Of a DNA stretch of 64,000 nucleotides, positions 54,970-64,000 are shown piece by piece. This DNA comes from an uncultured virus (IMG/VR IMGVR_UViG_2049941000_000054) (lineage: Duplodnaviria > Heunggongvirae > Uroviricota > Caudoviricetes). Position numbers and translations under genes: made by a program. The stretch lies in the IMG/VR virus record IMGVR_UViG_2049941000_000054; one strand, given 5' to 3'. How positions within the stretch are numbered: the first letter of the stretch is position 1; each line of letters begins with the position of its first letter. The notes beneath the pieces were generated by a model, which had not been told where the DNA came from, did no database searches, and was given only the letters and a program-made list of their open reading frames with translations.

Positions 54970-55296
54970 ATGGAAATTATTGGAAAAATCATTGCAGTCC
55001 CTCCTGTTGAGAGGGGTATGTCACAGAGGGGACCCTGGGCAAGGGCGACTGTGGTTGTAGAATATGAGTCCGGGCAGTTCCCGAAAAGTATCGCTTTGCA
55101 GAACTCGAAAGATGCTGAAAACTTCGCGAAACTTTCGATAGGCCAGACTGGAAAATTTTATTTCGACACAAAGACCCGCGAGTATAACGGGAAATACTAT
55201 ACGGACATTAANNNNNNNNNNAGGTGCAGGGGGCACAGAATACCGCCCCGTCAGTGCCTGGAGCACCTTTCTAACAGAAACATACCTCGTACTTAG
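54970..55296 (+). CDS. DUF3127 OB-fold (SSB-like) protein; 3' end uncertain
   Basis: MEIIGKII...G.S..G.W....V.E....QFPK.I...REYNGKYY. Confidence 0.8.
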   Translation: MEIIGKIIAVPPVERGMSQRGPWARATVVVEYESGQFPKSIALQNSKDAENFAKLSIGQTGKFYFDTKTREYNGKYYTDIXXXXRCRGHRIPPRQCLEHLSNRNIPRT

Positions 55297-55344
55297 TTCT
55301 GAGTTTGCCATGACCCGCCCCGGACGAAAGTTCGGGGCTTACTA

Positions 55345-55375
55345 TTTGCAAACATTGTAATTCTTCCTACATTTG
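55345..55375 (+). promoter_or_regulatory. Bacteroidetes promoter (-33 TTTG, -7 TACATTTG)
   Basis: TTTG 55345-48 and TACATTTG 55368-75 with 19-nt spacing; follows a GCCCCGGAC/GTTCGGGGC hairpin. Confidence 0.6.
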
Positions 55376-55381
55376 CATTGT

Positions 55382-57127
55382 ATGTTCCGACTCAAGAATA
55401 AAGATGCTGTTTTCCCACCTCTTTACGACCACGTAGAGAGGCAGTTAGCATCTGTTTCCGATAAGGGTTGGGACAAGGTTGGCGATTTTACACTGAGGGA
55501 GGGTATCGATTTGATCCCCCAGGTCGGGTTGCAGGAAGACGTCTGCAGATGCACGTCCAATTTGATCTTCGCGTGCGGAATGGCGACTTCCGGGAAGAGT
55601 TTTAGTATCTTTCTTAAGGCTTTGCAGGGAATCGGTAAGCCGGGATACACCGGTCGTCTTATTAATGTCCGTAAATTGGACTCTGCAAAGGGTACATCAA
55701 TGTTTAGGGACGCAACTGCCGTATGGGGAGATTTCTCCGGATGTCAAGTGACATATGGCGAGCTCCCTACCTTCGCATGGCCACAGTGGAACAACGCAAT
55801 CCAGATGATCCACGCCAACTTCAATGCGGACAATCCCGGAGAATGGGCGGAATTCATTGAGTATATAAAGAAACAGCAGGCGTCCTTTATCGCAATAGAC
55901 GAGGCGACCGCTATCCGCCAGTTTAAGATGTTTACATACATCTTCTCGAGAAATAGGGATTCCTCCGGTGTCACTCCTCAGATGCTCCTTACCTTCAACC
56001 CGGAATACGAGCATTGGACAACGAGGATGCTGTTGTGCGCCGGCTATCTGGATGAAAATACTTGGACGATTAAGCCCGAAATGGATGGCGTGGAACGCTA
56101 TTTCTACATCCAGGGCAACGAGCCGGAAGAAATGGTATGGGGAGATTCAAGAGAAGAAGTGGTGCACGCGGCCCATATCAAACTAAACAAGGACGATATC
56201 GCAGCGGGACTTAAGGCGGAAGATATGGTTAAGTCCTTCTCTTGCTTCACTGGGACTGCCGCAGGTAACAGGAAACTGGTATCCGCCACGAAAGGCCAGT
56301 CTGTCGCTAACCTGCATAATGTCGGAGGAAAGCAAAGAGCCGTCCTTGCCGAGGCTTACTTCGGTCCGATCGAGAATGAAGAAATAAGCGTAACCAAGCA
56401 GATGGTGCGCTCACTGCCTTCCAATCCGATCAATGACGATGAGAATCTGTACGCGACAATGGATATCTCGGGTGGTAATACAGACAGCGATAACTGCCCG
56501 ATGATTATCTGGAAGGGCCTCCGTATAATCGGGATAGAGATGTTCCGTGGGGATCCAAAGCAACTCGTTGAATGGATCGATGCTATGTTGGTCAAATATG
56601 GCGTGCCCGTCCAAAATTTTGCCTTTGATGCGACTGGCATTGGTAACTACTTAAAAGCATATACGAGCGGTTGGCCGATAACGGCAAACAAGACTGCGAT
56701 GCAAGAATATGACGAGCAGGGCAACCAGGTGGTCTTTGAACAATACTTCAACCTTCGCTCACAACTTCTCGGCAAGATGAAGGTGCTTTTTGAGACTGGT
56801 AAGATCTCCTCGGCTCTTCCGCTTGAAACGCGGATTCCATACGGGAAGAAGGGCGAGACGCGCCGACTTGAGGATATCCTATATGACGAGATCGACCTTT
56901 TTGCAGTCACCACCCGTAATAAACGTATATATTATAGGAGTAAGGATGAATACAAGTCCAAACACCATCATTCTCCGGACTTGATGGATGCCATTACACT
57001 CCGCTCTGTCTGGGAGTTGGATGCAAGACCGAAAAAGCAGCCGATGCCCGAGATAGAGGACGATGCATATGATGATATTTTTGTTGACTACGCTGGCGGA
57101 CGCGCTGGAAGTGTAGTCTGGGTTTAA
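55382..57127 (+). CDS. terL: Terminase large subunit
   Basis: PQ.G.Q, Walker A GMATSGKS, Walker B IAIDEA, TFNP, nuclease DISGG / DATGIG / SPD..DA. Confidence 0.88.
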   Translation: MFRLKNKDAVFPPLYDHVERQLASVSDKGWDKVGDFTLREGIDLIPQVGLQEDVCRCTSNLIFACGMATSGKSFSIFLKALQGIGKPGYTGRLINVRKLDSAKGTSMFRDATAVWGDFSGCQVTYGELPTFAWPQWNNAIQMIHANFNADNPGEWAEFIEYIKKQQASFIAIDEATAIRQFKMFTYIFSRNRDSSGVTPQMLLTFNPEYEHWTTRMLLCAGYLDENTWTIKPEMDGVERYFYIQGNEPEEMVWGDSREEVVHAAHIKLNKDDIAAGLKAEDMVKSFSCFTGTAAGNRKLVSATKGQSVANLHNVGGKQRAVLAEAYFGPIENEEISVTKQMVRSLPSNPINDDENLYATMDISGGNTDSDNCPMIIWKGLRIIGIEMFRGDPKQLVEWIDAMLVKYGVPVQNFAFDATGIGNYLKAYTSGWPITANKTAMQEYDEQGNQVVFEQYFNLRSQLLGKMKVLFETGKISSALPLETRIPYGKKGETRRLEDILYDEIDLFAVTTRNKRIYYRSKDEYKSKHHHSPDLMDAITLRSVWELDARPKKQPMPEIEDDAYDDIFVDYAGGRAGSVVWV

Positions 57128-57147
57128 CATAGAATCGCGATTTACCT

Positions 57148-59008
57148 ATGAATGTTAGTGATTACATCAATCCCGCTAAAAAGAAGCCTTGGTTGAGGAG
57201 GGTAGCCGACGAATCTCCTGCCAGTGCGGGGATTGGCTTCAGAATGCAGATAATGACGCAGGATGATTTCTTGAACGAGGTCTATTCTGCCGCCCACAAG
57301 ATCAACTCCCCGATGATGTCGCGGAGACCGATTTACGGTCCCTCTGGTGTCAAGGACGCAAAGGGGAAGGAGAAGTGGACGATCGTCGGATACGACGATG
57401 TCGAAACTGTTCCAATCAGCAAGCAGGAATCCATTATCAGCAAGAAGATATCACATTTTGCGGCTAATGGTTTCTGGACGGCTTCGGAATCCCCGGACGA
57501 AGATAGGTTCAACACCCTTATGTCCTGGGCGGATACCGTTGGACTGAAAACCGCCTTCCTAGAGGTAACCAAATCTGCGATGAGGACCGGAGATGGCGCG
57601 ATTTACCTCTACCAGACAGAGGATGAAGCAGACCCTATCCAGTATGAGGTCTATGGATACGAAGAGGGCTCGACATTGTTCCCTCACACAACATTCGATG
57701 GTAAGAAATCCCTCGCAAGAAAGTATAAATATGAGGGGCACGATGCGGTCGATATCTTTACGACCCAAAGCATAGAAACCTGGATGATGCTTGACGACAA
57801 CGGCGACGAAGACATCATCGGTCTTACCGGGCGGGTGAAAAGCGAAGATGGCTATACCCTTGTAAGGGCTAAAGCAGCGCAGGCGGGTAGCGACCTCTGT
57901 CAGTGCATCTATTTCCGTTTCGACGATATCCCCACCGGACCAGCCCAGGCACAGATTGAAAAACTGGAAGATGCCNNNNNNNNNNATGTCGGGGAACATC
58001 TGAAGGGCACGGCTATGCCTATTCTGTTTATGAAGGCAGAGAAAACAACCAGCCTTCCTCCTTCTAGCCTAGCGAATAAGGCTATCGGCGTCAAGGGTAC
58101 TGCGGACAGCATTGCTCACGCCGACGCAAAGTGGCTTGCTCCGCCGGATGCTAGTAATANNNNNNNNNNNNNNNNNNNNNNNNNNNNNNNNNNNNNNNNN
58201 NNNNNNNNNNNNNNNNNNNNNNNNNNNNNNNNNNNNNNNNNNNNNNNNNNNNNNNNNNNNNNNNNNNNNNNNNNNNNNNNNNNNNNNNNNNNNNNNNNNN
58301 NNNNNNNNNNNNNNNNNNNNNNNNNNNNNNNNNNNNNNTTGACGGGCTTGAAGATGATATCCGCGAAGCCTGCCTCTCCGTAAAGATTGATCCGGAGATT
58401 ATCAAGCAGGGGAGCGATTCTTCCGCCACCATGAAAATCCTGTATGCTCCCGAAGTGCAGTGGGCACAGATCCACTGGCCGGAAGTATTCAAATCAGTCA
58501 AGCAGCTTATGCTCGTGTTCAAAACCCTTGTCGGCAAGGTCGAGGGGGATACCGTCGGTTACAATAAGATGAGGATATCTGTTGGACAGAATATTTTTAT
58601 TCCTCAAAACGAGTCCGAAGCGCTTAAGATGGAACTGGATCAGGTCTATGNNNNNNNNNNNNNNNNNNNNNNNNNNNNNNNNNNNNNNNNNNNNNNNNNN
58701 NNNNNNNNNNNNNNNNNNNNNNNNNNNNNNNNNNNNNNNNNNNNNNNNNNNNNNNNNNNNNNNNNNNNNNNNNNNNNNNNNNNNNNNNNNGAGTCAAGTC
58801 TAGAAGGTCTGCTATGCAGGATATCGAAAATGCACATAAGGGCGATTATGAGCAGATCCAGAAAGAGTGGGAGGAAGAGTTGCGTATTAAAGCGGAAATT
58901 CCGGCAGAAGCGAAGGCTAAGTACGGGGTTGATGCTACTGACACCACCCCAAAAAGCAACCCGGCCAACGTAGATAATAACGCTCCCGGGAAAAGTATAC
59001 AGGACTAA
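57148..59008 (+). CDS. Portal protein (fragmented by gaps)
   Basis: Follows terL; QDDFL.E...AHKINS, TGDGAIY, MKILY.PE, FIPQNE motifs of SPP1-like portals. Confidence 0.75.
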
Positions 59009-59400
59009 TTTAATGTAGCCACTTTTTTTGTAAGTACTTTTTTCATATTTTTGTCGCTAGAATCCAATTCTAACTTTAATGTATATATANNNNNNNNNNN
59101 NNNNNNNNNNNNNNNNNNNNNNNNNNNNNNNNNNNNNNNNNNNNNNNNNNNNNNNNNNNNNNNNNNNNNNNNNNNNNNNNNNNNNNNNNNNNNNNNNNNN
59201 NNNNNNNNNNNNNNNNNNNNNNNNNNNNNNNNNNNNNNNNNNNNNNNNNNNNNNNNNNNNNNNNNNNNNNNNNNNNNNNNNNNNNNNNNNNNNNNNNNNN
59301 NNNNNNNNNNNNNNNNNNNNNNNNNNNNNNNNNNNNNNNNNNNNNNNNNNNNNNNNNNNNNNNNNNNNNNNNNNNNNNNNNNNNNNNNNNNNNNNNNNNN

Positions 59401-59875
59401 GGAAGGGAAACTCAAGAAGTTCGAAAATCAGGGAGAAGACGAGGACGACAAAGGAGGTTCGGATGACAAGGGCGATATCGCAAAGACTATCGCCGACGCC
59501 ATAGCCGCAGCCGTAAAGCCTTTGACGGAGAAAATCGAATCTCTGGAAAACGTCAACTCAACCAAGGCCGCTCTTACAGGAGCCCGTGAATCTTTCTTCG
59601 GCGGCGATTACGCCAAGAAGTACAAGGACGAAGCGGACTATGCTTGGGAAAGGGCTGTTGAGGTAAATGAGTTGACCGGGAATAAGATGACCGCCGAAGA
59701 GCTGGCAGAAAAAGCCACCGGCTACTTCAATAAGGCTGTCTCGAAGAAGGGCGTGGATACCTCGAAGCCGTTTAAGGCAGATCCGCCGGAGAACGACGAG
59801 GAGGGCACGACCGATTGGAGTGCTGAAAAGAAGCGCCTGCAGGACGCTGGTCGTCTTCCCAAAGACCAACAATAA
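59401..59875 (+). CDS. Capsid scaffolding-like protein (5' end in gap)
   Basis: Acidic linker, IADAIAAAVKPLTEKIE coiled coil, between portal and capsid genes. Confidence 0.55.
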
Positions 59876-59899
59876 GTTTAACCCAAAATCTATTCAGAA

Positions 59900-60413
59900 A
59901 TGAGTAATTACGGAAACGCATTTTTCTCTCCTGAATCGAAGCAGTATCCGGGCAGCGTAATGCCTGTATGGCTCGAGGTTAAGGAGCGCAAGATCGCGGG
60001 TGGTACCTTCAGCCTTAGCGGCGTAGCGAAGGGCACCATCTTCGCTGCCGGAATGCCCGTGCGTCTTGACAAAATGGGTGGTACGNNNNNNNNNNNNNNN
60101 NNNNNNNNNNNNNNNNNNNNNNNNNNNNNNNNNNNNNNNNNNNNNNNNNNNNNNNNNNNNNNNNNNNNNNNNNNNNNNNNNNNNNNNNNNNNNNNNNNNN
60201 NNNNTCGTCATCGTCAGCGCTGCCGGTGCGAATAAGGCTGCTACCCTGCCTAACGGTCTGTCTTGGCGCCAGGTCGTCGTCGATTCCGACAACGCTACCT
60301 ACGGCACCATCGCAGTTGTCACCAAGGGACAGGTTCTCGGCGACCGTATCCCGGCTATGCCAGAGGAGTATAAGGCTGCAATGCCTGGCATCACTTTCGA
60401 GTATGAACTTTAA
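59900..60413 (+). CDS. Head decoration-like protein (gapped)
   Basis: Position before the major capsid gene; GG......GT...AG.P and DRIPAMP motifs. Confidence 0.5.
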
Positions 60414-60430
60414 TATAGGAGGAAAGAATT

Positions 60431-61603
60431 ATGGCAAATAAATACAGCGAAGGTTTTTACACCCTCATGGAAGAAGCTGGAATCCTTTCCGCCAAGAGTT
60501 TCAGCACTTATATCAGGGACGTCATCGGATTCGGCAATCTGCAGGATCTGAATCTTGACGGTTTCTCCTGGGACCCCGTTTCATCCCTTACCTTTGACTA
60601 CGAGCAGCTGATCGTCAGCAATCGCCTCAAGGTAATGGCAACCTACACTGACAAGGATTCCGAGGCCATTCCTTTCGGAACTGAAGGCTTCGAGGCCGCC
60701 CGTGGCGTTGTCCCTCGTCAGAAGGCTCGCTTCATCTGGGATGAGGACGACTATCGCAAGTATCTCGACGCTGTCCGCAAGCTGGACTTCCAGAACACCA
60801 CTGCAAAGCAGTATGCTCTCGACCTCCTCTTCAACGGCCTCAGCGACATCAAGAACGCTCACGAGTTGTCTATGACCTATCAGCGCGACCAGATGGTTTC
60901 CAACCGTCAGCTCACCCTTACCGCCGACAACAACCCTCGTGGTATCCAGGGCCTTACCTTCTTGGCTCAGGTTCCTGACGCTAACGTTACTACCCTCTCC
61001 GGCAATAACCGTTGGTACACCAGCACGACCGATAAGGATTCCGATCACGAAGGCTCCACCGCCGACCCTGTGAAGGATATCCGTACCATCGTCCGCGCAA
61101 TGCGTCGCAAGGGCTACACCAACATCGTTCTCGAGGTTGATGAGCAGTCTTGGTATGACGATATGGATCACAGTGCATGGCGTACCGCCATCGGCTATCA
61201 GCTTCGTCCAGACCTTGTGCTTGCCGCCAGCAATGACGCCAATGCACTCGCCGTCGGTAGGGCTGCAGGCGACGACGCCGTCCGCCAGGCTTTCGCACGG
61301 ATCATCGGCATTCCTCTCGCAAACATCAAGTTCCGCGAAGGTCTCGCTGCCGTCGAGAAGCTCCAGGGTAAGGGCCCGGATGCGAAGTTGGTTCGCACCT
61401 CTATGCGTACCTTCAACGCCAACACCTACGTGTTCTATCCAGCCGGTCCTCTGGGAACCATTAAGTCCGTCCTTCCTCTCGTTCCGGACAGCAAGGCTAT
61501 GTATGCTACCTTCTTCGGCGGCAAGGGCCTCATCCAGTACGANNNNNNNNNNNNNNNNNNNNNNNNNNNNNNNNNNNNNNNNNTCACCTATTCCGCTAAC
61601 TAG
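60431..61603 (+). CDS. Major capsid protein
   Basis: ~390 aa, strong C/T-ending codon bias, lambda-E-like layout (VMATY.D.DS, NNPRGI, W....ADPV.DI). Confidence 0.8.
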   Translation: MANKYSEGFYTLMEEAGILSAKSFSTYIRDVIGFGNLQDLNLDGFSWDPVSSLTFDYEQLIVSNRLKVMATYTDKDSEAIPFGTEGFEAARGVVPRQKARFIWDEDDYRKYLDAVRKLDFQNTTAKQYALDLLFNGLSDIKNAHELSMTYQRDQMVSNRQLTLTADNNPRGIQGLTFLAQVPDANVTTLSGNNRWYTSTTDKDSDHEGSTADPVKDIRTIVRAMRRKGYTNIVLEVDEQSWYDDMDHSAWRTAIGYQLRPDLVLAASNDANALAVGRAAGDDAVRQAFARIIGIPLANIKFREGLAAVEKLQGKGPDAKLVRTSMRTFNANTYVFYPAGPLGTIKSVLPLVPDSKAMYATFFGGKGLIQYXXXXXXXXXXXXXXXTYSAN

Positions 61604-61616
61604 AATCTGAAGTAAT

Positions 61617-62015
61617 ATGACAGTCGAAGAATATCTGCGTAGTTTAGTCCCGGGGTTGGATCTGCAGGACAATGTTGTTGAACGATGTGCAATCAGTCCC
61701 ATCGAAGTCGACCTTGACCCTTTGGAACTGGATGATGATGTCGACGGTGACACTTTAGCGGACGAAGAATTCCGGATGCGTCTGGACTATGCTTCTTCGA
61801 CGGTCTATTATTCGGTGTTGGGGGTTTTTGCTGGTGGCGGTTATTCGGAGCAAGTCGGAGATGTCCGAGCCTCAAGAGGCGGGTACACCATCACTATGGC
61901 TGACCGTGCAAGGTTTAAGTCTATGGGCGATGCGTTGCGTGCCAAGTGGGGCTGGGAGATCGAAGACGACGAGTCATCGAGCGAAATGTATGACGCAACT
62001 TATTTGAGACGATAG
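61617..62015 (+). CDS. Head-tail connector
   Basis: MTVEEYLR..V..., acidic, directly after capsid. Confidence 0.6.
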   Translation: MTVEEYLRSLVPGLDLQDNVVERCAISPIEVDLDPLELDDDVDGDTLADEEFRMRLDYASSTVYYSVLGVFAGGGYSEQVGDVRASRGGYTITMADRARFKSMGDALRAKWGWEIEDDESSSEMYDATYLRR

Positions 62016-62018
62016 TTT

Positions 62019-62352
62019 ATGCAGTTCATCGGATTTCGTGACACATGCACTATCAGCCGGGAAACGGGTGCGAAAGATGAGTGGGATAACCCTATAAGGA
62101 CCACTATCTACAGCGGGCCTTGCCTCTATGAGGAAGGCGGCACTGGATACTCGAGGTCAATTATTACAAGAGCCCCTACTGTCTNNNNNNNNNNACGATG
62201 TCCTGGTTTATATCAACGATGCCGTGACCGTAACCACAGAAATGGGGCGCGAAATAAAGGCAATCGCCAGAATAGTCCGGGATGTCAATATGCCTTGGAG
62301 GGTAAATGTACGAGTTACGAGGATCGAACTGAAACAGGCACAAGGAGAATAG
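62019..62352 (+). CDS. Head-closure protein (across gap)
   Basis: F.D.CTI.R....DEWDNP....IYSG.C. Confidence 0.55.
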
Positions 62353-62355
62353 GAG

Positions 62356-63009
62356 ATGCCAAAATACGGATCACATCCACGGAATCAGAGATATCAGAAC
62401 TGGGGTAAGACCTATAAGGCTTGCTCCATGGCGATCCTTGGTGCAGGGAAGGCCCTAAACCAGATCGCCACTGAAGAGCTAAACGATGTGGCACGTCGTT
62501 TTCTCCGCGAGCAAGATGCCCAATGGCCTCATAGCACCCAGGCGAAAAGCAAGAAGTCTGGAAAGACTATGCTATTCGGTGGAGACGCCGAACATCCTTG
62601 GTATTCGGGACAGTTGCACGACAGTGTCGCTGTTAGGATAATGCAGAAGAACAGGATCACAGGTGTCCATTATATGCCGCCGTCCCCGGCCACGGGCGAA
62701 CCTCAGCATACTGCGACAATACAACATATCGTAGGTGCGGAGTGGGCTCACGATATAGCAGAGAGACACGGGGCAAGATATTTTCTCCCGGGCGTGCAAG
62801 TCCAACTTATCGTCGCCGTTCCGTATGCGGAAAAGGTGAATGAAAGCACTCGCCACGCTGGCTTTGTCGACGATCTTGCAGATGAACTCTTTTCCTCTGT
62901 GAATCAATGGGTGTTCGACGGGGGGCTTGTCCGTCCTACCATTGTCGCAGATGGTAAAACCGTGAAAGTTGTCAATAAGTCTAACGTTTCAAACAGAAAG
63001 ATTCAATAA
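62356..63009 (+). CDS. Neck / tail-completion protein (HK97 gp10-like)
   Basis: P.YSGQLHDS and AVPYA..V motifs. Confidence 0.55.
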   Translation: MPKYGSHPRNQRYQNWGKTYKACSMAILGAGKALNQIATEELNDVARRFLREQDAQWPHSTQAKSKKSGKTMLFGGDAEHPWYSGQLHDSVAVRIMQKNRITGVHYMPPSPATGEPQHTATIQHIVGAEWAHDIAERHGARYFLPGVQVQLIVAVPYAEKVNESTRHAGFVDDLADELFSSVNQWVFDGGLVRPTIVADGKTVKVVNKSNVSNRKIQ

Positions 63010-63449
63010 TGAAACCATCCACTATAGAACCCGATGTCGAGTTGAAGAACTACCTTGCCGGACAGATCCGTGTAGGGAGCGGGAATACCGCCCCTATCGT
63101 CACGGTCTATTCGGACTGGGAGCGTCCGACCAATCAACTGCCCGATGACTTTATCGTGATCTACATTAACGGTGATATCGAGGGTGTTGCGATGGATATG
63201 CCATTTGCGAAGGGTTACTTGATGGTGAACTTATACTGCAAACTGAACGACGATGGCTCCGTAAAGAAGAATAGAGTAAAGAAACTGCTCACACAGTTTG
63301 ACGAACTCATAGAGAAAGCCATAACGGCTCATTATCACTTTGAATACGACGCCAGTAGATTTATAACTCCCACTACACCGAATCAAACTTCAGGTTACTC
63401 AGTTACAAGCCTCAATTTGAGGTGGACAACAACAAGCAATTTTAACTAA
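63009..63449 (+). CDS. Tail terminator-like protein
   Basis: Position before the major tail gene; RP...LPDDFIV..NG...VNLY. Confidence 0.55.
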   Translation: MKPSTIEPDVELKNYLAGQIRVGSGNTAPIVTVYSDWERPTNQLPDDFIVIYINGDIEGVAMDMPFAKGYLMVNLYCKLNDDGSVKKNRVKKLLTQFDELIEKAITAHYHFEYDASRFITPTTPNQTSGYSVTSLNLRWTTTSNFN

Positions 63450-63465
63450 AAACTCTTTTTGAAAT

Positions 63466-63677
63466 ATGGCTGATATCATTGGCAAAATCGATGCCGCAAC
63501 CGTCCCGTTTGTAGGACAGGGCGACCTCATTATCTTTGACGCAATAGATAACTACTCTAGCGCCACTCTCGCGACTCTTGCAAATCCTAAGTCCCTTGGA
63601 CAGATCGTCCAGGACTCTACTTCCTGGGAGGGCGAAGACGTCTCCACTGACCAGATCCTCGACGAGCAGGGTAACAT
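63466..63677 (+). CDS. Major tail protein, N-terminal part (runs into gap)
   Basis: MADIIGK...SLGQIVQDSTSWEGED.S...ILDEQG. Confidence 0.6.
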
Positions 63678-64000
63678 NNNNNNNNNNNNNNNNNNNNNNN
63701 NNNNNNNNNNNNNNNNNNNNNNNNNNNNNNNNNNNNNNNNNNNNNNNNNNNNNNNNNNNNNNNNNNNNNNNNNNNNNNNNNNNNNNNNNNNNNNNNNNNN
63801 NNNNNNNNNNNNNNNNNNNNNNNNNNNNNNNNNNNNNNNNNNNNNNNNNNNNNNNNNNNNNNNNNNNNNNNNNNNNNNNNNNNNNNNNNNNNNNNNNNNN
63901 NNNNNNNNNNNNNNNNNNNNNNNNNNNNNNNNNNNNNNNNNNNNNNNNNNNNNNNNNNNNNNNNNNNNNNNNNNNNNNNNNNNNNNNNNNNNNNNNNNNA

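Noticed and set aside
60581..61753. 390-aa antisense ORF over the capsid gene (similar shadows at 39521-40537 and 1818-2609)
   Set aside because: Antisense shadow of a codon-biased gene with no recognisable motifs
1..64000. Stop-codon reassignment, CRISPR array, diversity-generating retroelement
   Set aside because: Genes are intact in the standard code and end in TAA, TAG or TGA; no repeat-spacer array, reverse transcriptase or TR/VR pair is visible outside gaps

Overview
Nearly complete genome of a tailed dsDNA (siphovirus-like) phage of a Bacteroidales host. The host call rests on repeated TAnnTTTG promoters, BACON domains and DUF3127. The assembly is gappy short-read data with many N runs and one Illumina adapter remnant. 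The window starts in the tape-measure gene and runs (+) through tail/adhesin genes, lysis genes and an uncharacterised post-lysis operon to ~19.8 kb. A long (-) strand block of small early genes follows (19.9-37 kb), then a divergent non-coding control region (37-39.3 kb) with a candidate large structured RNA and an iteron-rich origin. The (+) arm then carries replication/recombination genes, a DNA methyltransferase locus, packaging/head genes and the start of the major tail gene. Two observations stand out. (1) A circularly permuted C5-cytosine methyltransferase core is surrounded by five overlapping mini-ORFs that each look like a free-standing target-recognition (TRD) module joined by a conserved (L)EVY/ATG junction; this is a candidate 'exchangeable specificity subunit' methyltransferase system. 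(2) A covarying kissing-loop RNA leader occurs in front of two different NUMOD4-HNH endonuclease genes. All family calls are by motif recognition only; no searches were run.
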